From Candidatus Enterousia sp. (GTDB taxonomy: Bacteria > Pseudomonadota > Alphaproteobacteria > Rs-D84): a stretch of DNA of 64,000 nucleotides. The notes beneath the pieces are model-generated. The model was not told the DNA's origin, searched no databases, and was given only the letters and a program-made list of their open reading frames with translations. Position 1 is the first letter of the stretch, and every line of letters begins with the position of its first letter. Positions 54,248 to 64,000 of this stretch are shown here, piece after piece. The stretch spans positions 27,583-91,582 of the forward strand of contig JAZQGC010000010.1 of the NCBI GenBank assembly GCA_045539815.1, in the 5' to 3' direction. The translations under genes were made by a program, and so were the position numbers.

Positions 54248-56410
54248 ATGGTTTTTGGTTTATTTAAAAAAGACGCAAAATTAAACAATCCAATTGTTGT
54301 TGAAATTCCATATGGCGATACCACATTGCGTTTGGAAACGGGCCGTATGGCAAAACAAGCAAATGGTTCTGTTTTGGCAACAATGGGTGAAACAATGGTT
54401 TTGGCAACCGTATGTGCAGAAAAATCTGCTGTCGAAGGTCAGGATTTCTTTCCTTTGACTGTTGATTACCAAGAAAAGTTCGCATCTGCGGGTCGTATTC
54501 CTGGATCACGCGACAGACGCGAAGGCAAGGCATCAACCGCAGAAACATTGACTGCGCGTTTGATTGACCGTCCAATTCGTCCATTATTCCCAGAAACATT
54601 TAAGAACAAGGTTCAAATTATTGCCCAGGTATTTTCATACGATAAAAAGAATCAGCCTGATATTTTGGCAATGATTGCATCGTCTGCGGCGTTGGCGTTA
54701 AGTGGTGTTCCGTTCCAGGGGCCAATTGGTGCGGCGCGTGTCGGTTTTGCAGATGGTAAATATATCTTGAATCCGTCCAAGAAAGCGGTTGAAGATTCCG
54801 AAATGGATTTGGTTGTTGCTGCGACCAAAGACGGTGTTTTGATGGTTGAATCTGAAATCGGGGAATTAGACGAAGCAACTGTATTGGGTGCGGTAAAATT
54901 TGGTTTTGATGCACAACAGGCAGTTATCGCCGCGATTAACGAATTGGCAGACAAGGCTGGCAAAGAACGTTGGGAAACACCTGAAAAAACAGCTGAACAA
55001 ATCGCAATGGAAGAAAACTTTGAAAGTTTTGCCGGCGATATTGAATCTGCATTGCAAATCAAAGAAAAATTGACACGGTTGGAAACATTGGCGTCTATTC
55101 ATGCGTCTGCAAAAGAACGCATCCCAGAATTGTTCCCAGAAACAACACGTGCACAATCTACATTGGAATCATGGGCGGACGAGGTTATTGAAAACCTGAC
55201 GGCGCGTATCATGCGTGGCAATATCTTGGCGGGCAAACCGCGTATTGACGGTCGTGATAACAAGACTGTTCGTCCAATTGAAATTGAATTGGGTGTATTG
55301 CCACGCGCGCATGGTTCTGCGTTGTTCACACGTGGTGAAACCCAGGCATTGGTATCATTAACATTGGGCGGTGGCAAAGATGCGTTACCAATCGAATCTT
55401 TGGACGGTGCCGAAGAACGCGACTTTATCTTGAACTATAATTTCCCGGGTTATTCTGTTGGCGAATGCAAGGGGTTAAAATCCCCAGGTCGTCGTGAAAT
55501 TGGTCACGGTAATTTGGCATGGCGTGCGGTTCATCCAATGGTACCAAGTCGCAGTGAATTTGATTATGTGATTCGTATTGTATCTGACATCTTGGAATCA
55601 AATGGTTCTTCGTCAATGGCGACCACATGTGGTGCAACATTGGCAATGATGGACGGCGGTGTTCCAATGAAGCGTCCTGTGGCCGGTATTGCAATGGGAT
55701 TGATTAAAGAAGGTGATGATTACGCAATCTTGACAGATATCTTGGGCGACGAAGATCACTTGGGCGATATGGACTTCAAGGTAACAGGTACAGACCAGGG
55801 TGTAACAGCATTGCAGATGGATATTAAAATCACATCTATCACATTTGAAATCATGGAACGTGCACTGGCCCAGGCAAAAGATGGCCGTATGCATATCTTG
55901 GGTAAAATTGACAAGGCTATTAAAAAGCCGCGCACAAAATTGTCTGAATATGCCCCACAAAGCTATGCAATGAAAATTAATCCGGACAAGGTTCGTGATG
56001 TTATCGGCAAGGGCGGCAGTGTTATTCAGGCTTTGACACGCGAAACAAATACCCAAATTGATTTGTCTGATGATGGTTCTATTAAAATCATGGCGGTATC
56101 CAAAGAAGATGCAGACGCGGCAATCGCACGCATCAAAGATATCGTTGCAGAACCAGAAGTTGGCCAGATTTACAAGGGTACAGTATCTGGTATGAAAGAC
56201 TTTGGTTTGTTCGTAAAAATTATGAACGGATTCGAAGCAATGGTTCATATCTCTGAAATTACTGGTGAACGTTTGGCAAAAATAGAAGATGCCAAAATCA
56301 AAGAAGGCGATACCGTTTATGTTCGTTTCTTGGGTGCCGATAAACGCGGTAAAACACGTATGTCTATGGTTGGTATCGACCAGAAAACAGGTGCTGAAAT
56401 CAAGAAGTAA
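54248..56410 (+). CDS. pnp: polyribonucleotide nucleotidyltransferase (PNPase)
   Basis: 720 aa with two RNase PH domains (FPLTVDYQEKFASAGRIPG; DEDHLGDMDFKVTGT) plus KH and S1 domains. Confidence 0.95.
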   Translation: MVFGLFKKDAKLNNPIVVEIPYGDTTLRLETGRMAKQANGSVLATMGETMVLATVCAEKSAVEGQDFFPLTVDYQEKFASAGRIPGSRDRREGKASTAETLTARLIDRPIRPLFPETFKNKVQIIAQVFSYDKKNQPDILAMIASSAALALSGVPFQGPIGAARVGFADGKYILNPSKKAVEDSEMDLVVAATKDGVLMVESEIGELDEATVLGAVKFGFDAQQAVIAAINELADKAGKERWETPEKTAEQIAMEENFESFAGDIESALQIKEKLTRLETLASIHASAKERIPELFPETTRAQSTLESWADEVIENLTARIMRGNILAGKPRIDGRDNKTVRPIEIELGVLPRAHGSALFTRGETQALVSLTLGGGKDALPIESLDGAEERDFILNYNFPGYSVGECKGLKSPGRREIGHGNLAWRAVHPMVPSRSEFDYVIRIVSDILESNGSSSMATTCGATLAMMDGGVPMKRPVAGIAMGLIKEGDDYAILTDILGDEDHLGDMDFKVTGTDQGVTALQMDIKITSITFEIMERALAQAKDGRMHILGKIDKAIKKPRTKLSEYAPQSYAMKINPDKVRDVIGKGGSVIQALTRETNTQIDLSDDGSIKIMAVSKEDADAAIARIKDIVAEPEVGQIYKGTVSGMKDFGLFVKIMNGFEAMVHISEITGERLAKIEDAKIKEGDTVYVRFLGADKRGKTRMSMVGIDQKTGAEIKK

Positions 56411-56416
56411 GGATTT

Positions 56417-56776
56417 TTGATGAAGACTGAACAATTAAATTGGACGGACAAAGATTGGGCAACCCATATGGGTTGCCTTGTTCAGGAAGTTCCTGGCATC
56501 AGACGGTTAATCGCAGAACGTTTTTTTCCAGGAATTGCACAAGATAAAACAACGGGTAAATATAATTTTGTTATGACAAAATTGTACGAAAGCATGTCTG
56601 GTACGAAACGCGTTGTGCCAATGGTATCAAGTACGAAAATGTTTTCAACTTTTGAGTCTGCGGCAATCCACGCAAATAATGAAATTATTCCTTTGTTGGA
56701 ATTTAATAAGTTTTGGGCCCAGGCACTGGGGGTTCCAGAACGTGCATTACAAATGTTACATGTAAAGGAGAAATAA
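56417..56776 (+). CDS. hypothetical protein (119 aa)
   Basis: ORF tightly packed between pnp and ybaB. No recognisable motifs. Confidence 0.4.
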   Translation: MMKTEQLNWTDKDWATHMGCLVQEVPGIRRLIAERFFPGIAQDKTTGKYNFVMTKLYESMSGTKRVVPMVSSTKMFSTFESAAIHANNEIIPLLEFNKFWAQALGVPERALQMLHVKEK

Positions 56777-56777
56777 A

Positions 56778-57077
56778 ATGGATATGGAAAGCTTAATGGC
56801 CCAGGCGGCAGAATTGCAAAGCAAGGTTGCCGCAGCCCAGGAAAAACTGGGGTCCACTGTTGTCAAAGGGTTGGCATCGGGCGGCAAGTGCATTGTTGAC
56901 ATGACATGCAAATATGACATGTTGAAAATCGTTATTAATCCAGATATTTTGTCATCTGGTGCCGATGCGGTTGCAGATGCAGTTTTGTCTGCGGTCCAAG
57001 ATGCAAAAAGCAAAGCAGACAAGGTTATTGATGAAGTAATGTCTGCGGCAACGGCGGGTATGCCACTGCCAAAATAA
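56778..57077 (+). CDS. ybaB: nucleoid-associated protein YbaB/EbfC
   Basis: 99 aa. MAQAAELQSKVAAAQEKL...GGKCIVDMTCKYDMLKIVINPD is the typical YbaB fold signature. Confidence 0.8.
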   Translation: MDMESLMAQAAELQSKVAAAQEKLGSTVVKGLASGGKCIVDMTCKYDMLKIVINPDILSSGADAVADAVLSAVQDAKSKADKVIDEVMSAATAGMPLPK

Positions 57078-57103
57078 TAAAACCGCCAATTGGCGGTTTT
57101 TTT
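57078..57103 (+). terminator. intrinsic terminator
   Basis: AACCGCC-AATT-GGCGGTT plus a T-tract. Confidence 0.7.
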
Positions 57104-57158
57104 GTTATGGTATCTATGCCTTGAAAAGTGCAAAGTTATATTTTATACTGCACATGAT

Positions 57159-58217
57159 ATGAGAATTTTAAACAAATATTTTTCGCGTCAGTTAATATCG
57201 ATATTTATAATGTTGTTATTGATTTTGACTGGTTTGGCATGGATGATGCAGATTATGTCCATGATGAAAATGCTGTTAAAATATGGTATTGATTTGGGTG
57301 ATTTCTTGGGGTTGACATCATTAATGATACCATTTATTGCATCGATAATAATTCCATTTGTTTGTTTTATTTCCGTTGTGTTTGTTTACAACAAAATGAT
57401 TTCTGATAACGAGGTTACGGTTATGGCCGCATCGGGGCTGTCGCCATGGCAAATTGCGCGACCTGCATTGAAATTCAGTGTTGTGTTAATGGTGATAAAT
57501 TTGGTTTTAAATTTGTGGATTGTGCCATCTACCCAGGCCAGATTTTATGATATGCAGTGGAATTTAAAGTACGGTATGGCGCATATGAAATTGCAAGAAA
57601 GTTCTTTTACGGAAATCTCGGATGGTTTGGTTGTATATGTGGACAAGGTTGCCGATCATGATTTAAGCCAGGTTATGCTGTCTGATATGCGAAATGCGGA
57701 TTCACCCAGTATGATTTTTGCAGAAAAGGGTAAATTGGTATCAACTGTCCGTGGTCTGTCCTTGGTCATGACAAATGGTGCATTGCAATCGTCGGGAAAT
57801 CAGACGATTATGGGCACATTTGAAACATTTGATATGGATTTAAATGTTGCAGATAATGGCGGTAACAATTCGTTTCGTGTTCGTCGTATATCAACATTGG
57901 ATTTGTTAAGGGTTGTCTTTGATGCGGAAACAAAAAAACAACAAAAATTAATTTTGACAGAATTAAGTTCTCGTTTTATCAGTCCTGTTATGAATATTAT
58001 TTTGGCGATGTTATGTGCAACGATTTTATTGCGGTCCAGTCTGTTGCGTCGTCGTGCCAGTTTTGCGCCTGCGATGGCTGTTGGGTCGATGGCGTTGGTT
58101 ATGGCGTTGTATATGTCTGGTTCAAATATGGTGTCCAGTTTAACTGACTTGGCGATATTATCAGGATTGGTTGCATTGTTGTTTATTGGAATATTTGCGG
58201 TGTTAATCAAGAAATGA
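57159..58217 (+). CDS. LPS export ABC permease, LptF/LptG (YjgP/YjgQ) family
   Basis: MRILNKYFSRQLISIF..., with 6 TMs and a central periplasmic beta-jellyroll region. Directly upstream of lptD. The track ORF starts at 57090. Confidence 0.75.
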   Translation: MRILNKYFSRQLISIFIMLLLILTGLAWMMQIMSMMKMLLKYGIDLGDFLGLTSLMIPFIASIIIPFVCFISVVFVYNKMISDNEVTVMAASGLSPWQIARPALKFSVVLMVINLVLNLWIVPSTQARFYDMQWNLKYGMAHMKLQESSFTEISDGLVVYVDKVADHDLSQVMLSDMRNADSPSMIFAEKGKLVSTVRGLSLVMTNGALQSSGNQTIMGTFETFDMDLNVADNGGNNSFRVRRISTLDLLRVVFDAETKKQQKLILTELSSRFISPVMNIILAMLCATILLRSSLLRRRASFAPAMAVGSMALVMALYMSGSNMVSSLTDLAILSGLVALLFIGIFAVLIKK

Positions 58218-60226
58218 AAAATATAAAACTGGCATTTGTATTGTGTTTATTGTCTGGCGCGTCATATGCGCTATCTGTTGACATTAAAGAACCGCGTACA
58301 ATCGTTGCGGATAAAATTGAATATGATATAAAATCAGAATCGATAAAAACATCGGGCGATACAGAAATTACAAATAAATCTGGCCAGCGTATGACCCTGA
58401 CGGATACTTATATTTCGCAACAGGGTAAACAATTGTCTGGTGAAGATATTCAAATATGGTTGGGCCAGCATGTTTATGTTCAGTCTGATAATATAACGCG
58501 TGATGGTGAAATAACAATCGCCCGTGACGCAGAATTTACAGCGTGCGCAAATTGTGACAGTTATGGCGATGCCTGGACCGTGTACTCCAGGAAGATAATA
58601 CATGATATGGATTCGCGCATGCTGGAATTTTACAGTCCTGTATTATATGCATACGATTTGCCTGTGTTTTGGTTTCCTTATTATGAAATGCCGGACCCTG
58701 GTGTAAAGTACAAGACGGGATTTTTAATGCCTGATTTTGAATCAACGAACAAGATGGGAACACAAATAAATATTCCTTTTTATTGGTCCATATCAGACAG
58801 ACATGACATTACATTTATTGCATCTTATTTGACCCAAGAAAACCCACTGTTTCAGATAGAACATCGTTTAAACGCGCCGCATTCTGAATATCGTACCCGT
58901 GGTTCTTTTACGCATAATCGTGCGGGTGAAAATCGTTGGCATATATTTAATGATGATGTTATTGAATTGGGTGAATACGCGCGTGCGACGATATTTTTGG
59001 AACGCACATCTGACAAGACTTATTTGCAGAAATATGGTTTTTATAATGACCAACCATATTTGGATTCCGGCGCAAAATTAGAACTGTTCGGACAAAGCAG
59101 TTATGTTGTTGCAGACGCACACATATTCCAAGAACTGCGCGATGCATCAGGAATATATTCTGCGACAGATGGTGACATTTTACCAAATATTCGTGCTGTA
59201 CATCAGACTGCGCCGTTATTTGGTGAAACATATGCGAATTTTGGTGCAGATATATTGGGGATTTCTGGTGATGGTACTGCGTCCCAGCGTATGATTGGCG
59301 AAGCGCGCCTGACAACACCGTGGACATTGTGGGGTGGCAACAGATTAACGACCAGTGTTTCTGCGCGTTATGACTTATATCATTTTGATAATACAGAAAT
59401 GATAAACGCGCAAACATATTCTGGATTAAAGAATCGTTTTGTCCCCAGTGCATATCTGGAATGGGGACTGCCATTATTCAAGCCAACAGATACCTGGACC
59501 CAGGTTATTGAACCGCGTGCCAGAATTACATTTATGCGTCACATGGATAATCAAGAATTGGCGTTAAATAATGATTCTGCGGGCAGTATTTTAACAGATT
59601 CAACATTATTTTCAGACAGTCGTTTTTCTGGATATGACTTATGGGAAAATGGAACATACGCCGATTATGGTGTTCGGTGGTCTGCATTTCACGAAGACGG
59701 CGATACATTTGAATTATTTTTGGGACAGTCTTATGATTTTATAGACCGTCCATCAATTGATTTAAACAGTGGTTTTCATAATGGTTCGTCAGATTATGTT
59801 GGTCGTATCAGTTATAATAATATGAAATGGTTTGGTGTATCTTCGCGTTTTCGTTTGGACAATCAAGACTTTGCATTGCGTCACATGGAATCGACTGTAA
59901 ATATTGGCAGTGCGCGTAATTTCTTTAATATTGGTCATATTTGGTCAGAAAATTTAACGCCTGATTTTATACTGCACAGTGATATTAACGAAGCAGTTAT
60001 TGGCGCGGGTGTTCAATTAACAGACAGGTTATCAGCGCGTTGGAATGCGATTTACAATATGACATACGGTGAATTTCAACGTCATGGTGGTGGTTTATTT
60101 TATTCGCATCCTTGTTATTATTTGTCGATTGAATATCGTCGTGATAATGCGGTCAAGGAAGATTATGTTGGGACAACGACTTTTCAATTCAGATTTGGTA
60201 TGGCAATCGAAGGTCAAAGATATTAA
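58214..60226 (+). CDS. lptD: LPS-assembly outer membrane protein LptD
   Basis: 670 aa with a signal peptide, an OstA-like N-domain, FTAC...YGDAW, YKTGFLMPDF and INIPFYWSISDRHDITF blocks. Confidence 0.85.
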   Translation: MKNIKLAFVLCLLSGASYALSVDIKEPRTIVADKIEYDIKSESIKTSGDTEITNKSGQRMTLTDTYISQQGKQLSGEDIQIWLGQHVYVQSDNITRDGEITIARDAEFTACANCDSYGDAWTVYSRKIIHDMDSRMLEFYSPVLYAYDLPVFWFPYYEMPDPGVKYKTGFLMPDFESTNKMGTQINIPFYWSISDRHDITFIASYLTQENPLFQIEHRLNAPHSEYRTRGSFTHNRAGENRWHIFNDDVIELGEYARATIFLERTSDKTYLQKYGFYNDQPYLDSGAKLELFGQSSYVVADAHIFQELRDASGIYSATDGDILPNIRAVHQTAPLFGETYANFGADILGISGDGTASQRMIGEARLTTPWTLWGGNRLTTSVSARYDLYHFDNTEMINAQTYSGLKNRFVPSAYLEWGLPLFKPTDTWTQVIEPRARITFMRHMDNQELALNNDSAGSILTDSTLFSDSRFSGYDLWENGTYADYGVRWSAFHEDGDTFELFLGQSYDFIDRPSIDLNSGFHNGSSDYVGRISYNNMKWFGVSSRFRLDNQDFALRHMESTVNIGSARNFFNIGHIWSENLTPDFILHSDINEAVIGAGVQLTDRLSARWNAIYNMTYGEFQRHGGGLFYSHPCYYLSIEYRRDNAVKEDYVGTTTFQFRFGMAIEGQRY

Positions 60227-60245
60227 AAACAAAGGAAGGTAAATA

Positions 60246-61076
60246 ATGAAACTGTTTAAACTGTTTTGCATTTTTGCGTGTGCGTTATTTTCTGCGCCTG
60301 CATATTGCGCCAGTGTTGTTGCGTCAATTAATGGCACCCCGATAACAGATACAGATGTTACTTTGCGAACCCAGTTAATGGCGCGCCAGGGCCAAACATC
60401 AACCGATAATCGCCGTGTTGCATTACAAAACATTATTGACGATAACATCAAGATTGCATATGCGACAAACTTTAATGCCGTGCCAGACGATAAAACAGTT
60501 GATGCGGAATTAAAGAAACTAAATTTGGGCGAAGATATTTCTGCCAGCGAATTAGAAATGGCGCGTTCTGCATTGCGTGCAGAAATTGCATGGCAAATAA
60601 TTGTGGCGCGTACTGTTTTGCCGACAGTTGATATTTCTGCCGAAGATATTAATTCTGAAAAAACAGAATTGGCGCGTGAACATGGCCTGCCAATAGAAGT
60701 AACAATGATTCGTTTAATGGATGTTCCATCAGATGTTGTTGCGCGTCTGACAAAACCAAAATCATGTGATGGCGCAATTGAAATGGCAGAATCTTATGGT
60801 GGTGTTCCGCAACAGTTTACTGTTATGCAATATGACCTGTCGCCCGATGTTCGTGCACAGATTGCATCGTTACCGAATTTGACTTGGTCACCGGCCAAGG
60901 ATGGTACTGTCTTGTTGGTTTGCAGTACGCGCAAAACAGATGAATACAAAGACCTGGATTCCATAATCAAACAAAACGCAATGTATAAACAAGCAATGTT
61001 CTTGGCCGACCAACAGTTAAAACAACTGCGTCGCAAAGCAGTCATTGTTATAAACGACGACAGATATAAATTATGA
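60246..61076 (+). CDS. SurA N-terminal-domain periplasmic chaperone-like protein (no PPIase domain)
   Basis: Signal peptide, then VVASINGTPITDTDV.... 276 aa. Conserved lptD-surA synteny. Confidence 0.55.
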   Translation: MKLFKLFCIFACALFSAPAYCASVVASINGTPITDTDVTLRTQLMARQGQTSTDNRRVALQNIIDDNIKIAYATNFNAVPDDKTVDAELKKLNLGEDISASELEMARSALRAEIAWQIIVARTVLPTVDISAEDINSEKTELAREHGLPIEVTMIRLMDVPSDVVARLTKPKSCDGAIEMAESYGGVPQQFTVMQYDLSPDVRAQIASLPNLTWSPAKDGTVLLVCSTRKTDEYKDLDSIIKQNAMYKQAMFLADQQLKQLRRKAVIVINDDRYKL

Positions 61077-62185
61077 AAAAGATTTTATTTAATTTAACAG
61101 ACGCAGCGTTGGAACAATTTATAATCGAATTGGGCCAACCAAAATTTCGTGCAAAACAAATTCGCCAATGGTTGGACCGTGGTGCGCCAGATTTTGCATC
61201 TATGAAAAACATACCGGATGTTTTGCGGACACAGCTGGACAGTGTTGCGCAAACATTGCCTGTGCGTATTGTGAAAAAATTAGAATCCACAGATGGCGAA
61301 ACAACCAAATTTTTATTGGAATTGCATGACGGCGAACAAATTGAATGTGTTTTAATGCGCACAACATACGGCAACAGTGTTTGTGTCAGTTCCCAGGCAG
61401 GCTGTGCAATGGGGTGTAAATTCTGTGCCAGTACTTTATTGGGTTTAAAAAGGAATCTGACATCAAACGAAATTTTTTCCCAGATTTTGGTTGCCCAGTG
61501 GGAATTGCGTCATGATAATTTTTCTGAACGTCCAATTCGTCCAAATGGCGACGCAAATAATAACGATGTTTCACATATTGTTATTATGGGTACTGGCGAA
61601 CCGTTACAGAATACAGAAAATGTAATTGATTTTATCGAGCGTGCAAATTCTCAGATGGGAATTGGTTGGCGTCGAATAACGGTTTCTACATGTGGTATCG
61701 TACCCGGGATTGACAGATTAATACAATGGGGGCGCCCAATTAATCTGGCAATTTCTTTACATGCGCCCACAGATGAATTACGCAGTCAAATAATGCCAAT
61801 AAATAATAAATATAAAATTGCAGATGTTATGGATGCGGCGTGGCGTTTTACAGACACCCATAATCGTCAGTTGATGATAGAATATATCTTGTTGGGGCGT
61901 CCAGACGAAAACAACGAAACAGTTTTATATAATGCAACGCCTGAATATGCAGAAAAATTATCTGAATTATTACAGGGTAAAAATTGTATGGTTAATCTGA
62001 TTCCATGGAACGCTGTTGATGAACGTGATTTTGCGTCGCCATCTGGCAATGCCGTGCACCGGTTCCAAGATGTATTAATTAAAAATGGAATACATACGCG
62101 TATTCGTCGCGAGCGTGGAACAGACATTGGTTCTGCATGCGGTCAATTGCGCCTAAATAATGCGAAAAATAAAAAGGGTATATAA
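61073..62185 (+). CDS. rlmN: 23S rRNA/tRNA m2A methyltransferase RlmN (radical SAM)
   Basis: FRAKQIRQWL N-terminus, CxxxCxxC (GCAMGCKFCAS), and C-terminal GSACGQL. Confidence 0.9.
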   Translation: MKKILFNLTDAALEQFIIELGQPKFRAKQIRQWLDRGAPDFASMKNIPDVLRTQLDSVAQTLPVRIVKKLESTDGETTKFLLELHDGEQIECVLMRTTYGNSVCVSSQAGCAMGCKFCASTLLGLKRNLTSNEIFSQILVAQWELRHDNFSERPIRPNGDANNNDVSHIVIMGTGEPLQNTENVIDFIERANSQMGIGWRRITVSTCGIVPGIDRLIQWGRPINLAISLHAPTDELRSQIMPINNKYKIADVMDAAWRFTDTHNRQLMIEYILLGRPDENNETVLYNATPEYAEKLSELLQGKNCMVNLIPWNAVDERDFASPSGNAVHRFQDVLIKNGIHTRIRRERGTDIGSACGQLRLNNAKNKKGI

Positions 62186-62187
62186 AG

Positions 62188-62943
62188 ATGAATCTAAGAT
62201 ATATAACATGTTCTGATCCGCGTGAATCTATTATATTAAGTGATATGATTAGCGTGTTAAATCTGTCGCCCTTGGTTGAAATTGGTATGCAGGCCAGTCC
62301 TGGTCCAATGTCATCGGGCAACCCCAGAAATGAATGGTTTAATGCGTTATTAAAACATGTTGTAAACACAAACAGGCCGTCAAATATTGCGGTGCATGTT
62401 AATTATGATTGGTGTGATGCATTGTGTTCCGGTGGTGCCATGCCAGATGAAATTGCAAAATGGATGAAGATGCCAAACTTTAATGGTTCTGCCCCTGCGA
62501 TTCGTCGTTGGCAGTTAAACATTGGTGATGGTACCGGTAAATTTAAACCGGATGCAATTGCGCGTCTGATAAAGGATAATCCCAGACATGAATTTATTTT
62601 TCCGTATAATAACCGTGTTGCAGACAAGATATCAGCGTTACATAAAACAGGTGCAAATTTTTCTTTGTTATATGATTCTTCATATGGTTATGGTGTGTTG
62701 CCAGATGCCTGGTATCCACCGGTGTATGAATCACATCCAATGGGATACGCGGGCGGATTATCGGCAGACAATGTAACAAAAAACTTAAATAAAATATCGG
62801 CTGTTTTACCCCAGGATTATAAAACATGGATTGACGCCGAAGGCAGATTGATGAAAGAAGATACGCGTCATTGGGATGTTAATGCGGTAATGTGTTATAT
62901 CAAGCACGCATTAATGTTCAATGATTCACAGCGGTCGCATTAA
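62188..62943 (+). CDS. hypothetical TIM-barrel-like protein with a TrpF (phosphoribosylanthranilate isomerase)-like C-terminal signature
   Basis: LYDSSYGYGVLPDAW...MGYAGGLSADNV...WIDAEGRLMKEDTRHWDVNAV resembles the TrpF D..G.G..(F)DW...LAGGL..(E)NV...(G)vDv.SGvE...G.KD pattern. Confidence 0.35.
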   Translation: MNLRYITCSDPRESIILSDMISVLNLSPLVEIGMQASPGPMSSGNPRNEWFNALLKHVVNTNRPSNIAVHVNYDWCDALCSGGAMPDEIAKWMKMPNFNGSAPAIRRWQLNIGDGTGKFKPDAIARLIKDNPRHEFIFPYNNRVADKISALHKTGANFSLLYDSSYGYGVLPDAWYPPVYESHPMGYAGGLSADNVTKNLNKISAVLPQDYKTWIDAEGRLMKEDTRHWDVNAVMCYIKHALMFNDSQRSH

Positions 62944-62971
62944 AAAAAAACCGGCGTTTGCCGGTTTTTTT
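62942..62971. terminator. bidirectional intrinsic terminator
   Basis: A9, then ACCGGC-GTTT-GCCGGT, then T7. Confidence 0.75.
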
Positions 62972-64000
62972 ATGGTCTGGGACCACGCATTGGATTCATA
63001 TTTGTTTTGTTTTCTGTTTTTAATCCTGTTTTTCCAACAATGATTTTATCGCCGATTTTCAATTCTTTTGATATGATTTCTGTTTCTGTTGCGGTTGACA
63101 GTCCCTTGCTGAATGGAATTACGATTACTTCGCCATCGCGCAACAATACCAAATGAGATGCAGGTGTGGCCCCATTTGCATCATCTAAAATATTTTTAAA
63201 GCTGCGAACCAGAAAGGCCGAATTTGTTGCCTTCCATACATTGTCGCGTTCGGAAATAATAATTGTAACGAATGCGGTCATCCCTGGCATTAATCGCAGG
63301 TCTGTATTATCAACATCGATTACCACGGTGTATACCACAACATTAGATGTTGTTGTTGGGGACAGTCTGATTTGTCGAACGATACCGTTAAATGTTTCTG
63401 TTGGGTATGCGTCAACGGTAAAAGTAACTGTTTGTCCTTCTTTTATAACGCCAATATCTGCTTCGGATACAGCGGTTTCGATTTGCATTTTTGTCAGGTC
63501 TTCGGCAATTTCAAACAGGTCTGGTGTTTGAAACGAAGCGGCCACAGTCTGACCGATGTCTACTTTTCTGGATATTACGGTTCCATCAACTGGCGAAGAA
63601 ATCGTTGCGTACCCCAGGTTTGTAACGGCGCGTTCATATTGTGATTGCATGCGTTTAACAGATTGTTCTGCCTGTTCGTATGATGTTTGTGATTGTTCCA
63701 GTTCTGCGCGTGCAATCATATCACCTGCGTACAGCATTTTGTTGCGTTCGTATTCATTTTTTGCAAAGTTTCGCTGTGATATTGCACTGTCCAGGGATGC
63801 TTTGGCTTCGTCAACCGACGCCTGTAAAACTGACGGTTCGATTGTTAATAATATATCGCCTTTTTTTACCTTGGAATTAAAATCCACATACAGGTTATCG
63901 ATTGTTCCTGATACCTGTGAACCAACATTAACTGTATTTACAGGTTGTATTTCACCGGTTGCGCTGACGACCTGGCGCAGGTCCCCCCGTGTAATATTTA
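62970..64000 (-). CDS. HlyD/MacA-family periplasmic efflux adaptor (5' end beyond the window)
   Basis: The reading frame stays open upstream of the track Met (63887) to the window edge (...GEIQPVNTVNVGSQVSGTIDNLYVDFNSKVKKGDILL). Shows the lipoyl, coiled-coil hairpin and beta-barrel pattern. Confidence 0.8.
   Translation of the reverse strand, partial: NITRGDLRQVVSATGEIQPVNTVNVGSQVSGTIDNLYVDFNSKVKKGDILLTIEPSVLQASVDEAKASLDSAISQRNFAKNEYERNKMLYAGDMIARAELEQSQTSYEQAEQSVKRMQSQYERAVTNLGYATISSPVDGTVISRKVDIGQTVAASFQTPDLFEIAEDLTKMQIETAVSEADIGVIKEGQTVTFTVDAYPTETFNGIVRQIRLSPTTTSNVVVYTVVIDVDNTDLRLMPGMTAFVTIIISERDNVWKATNSAFLVRSFKNILDDANGATPASHLVLLRDGEVIVIPFSKGLSTATETEIISKELKIGDKIIVGKTGLKTENKTNMNPMRGPRP

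Noticed and set aside
48117-58217. Extended N-termini given by the ORF track for truB (48117), rsmE (51611), the RluB-like gene (52207) and lptF/G (57090). The same applies outside this range to pal (27102), the UDG-like gene (27123), rpmE (43900) and orf117 (14558).
   Set aside because: The extensions overlap upstream genes or terminators and lack family-typical sequence. Internal Met codons give canonical N-termini (for example MKQGIHPEY and MKIKNFALLAGVAGLLAAC), so these were used instead.

Overview
This is a 64-kb, AT-rich (roughly 40% G+C by eye), very gene-dense chromosomal window made almost entirely of housekeeping genes. They include topA, the mreCD-mrdA-rodA and mreB cell-shape genes, rpmI-rplT-pheST, ileS, metG, mnmG, fabD-fabG, accBC, rnpA-yidD, infC, pal and parAB-rsmG. 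Further along are der, mutS, truB-rpsO, pnp, ybaB, lptF/G-lptD-surA-like and rlmN.

The gene families and synteny, plus five tandem VirB6/TrbL-like membrane-protein paralogs and a solitary VirD4, suggest a reduced-genome, host-associated alphaproteobacterium (Rickettsiales/Holosporales-like). That assignment is inference only; no database search was possible. There are two tRNAs, Thr-CGU and Val-GAC. I saw no rRNA, CRISPR array, transposase or integrase.

The observations most worth follow-up:
1. ileS and metG are each preceded by a tiny ORF enriched in the cognate codon (MKTQTIIIIK and MMIRMQI). Each ORF is followed by an intrinsic terminator exactly 26 nt upstream of the synthetase start codon. 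This looks like leader-peptide attenuation of aminoacyl-tRNA synthetase genes. The rplT-pheS spacer has a related antiterminator/terminator layout.
2. Downstream of mnmG there is a two-cassette locus in which two unrelated ORFs share near-identical 63-bp and 79-bp flanks. One ORF is an acyl-carrier-protein domain fused to a Cys-rich tail. The other is one A-residue away from sharing the same C-terminal tail.
3. A 37-38-bp direct repeat spanning the tRNA-Val 3' end brackets a 109-nt GC-rich, hairpin-rich insert.
4. The VirB6-like array is divergently arranged and has no virB3/virB4 neighbours. Three of its paralogs carry an N-proximal CxxC motif.
5. The SuhB-like and family-4 UDG-like proteins have degenerate catalytic motifs.

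Product calls rest on motif recognition and synteny. All RNA structures were paired by hand and need computational folding.
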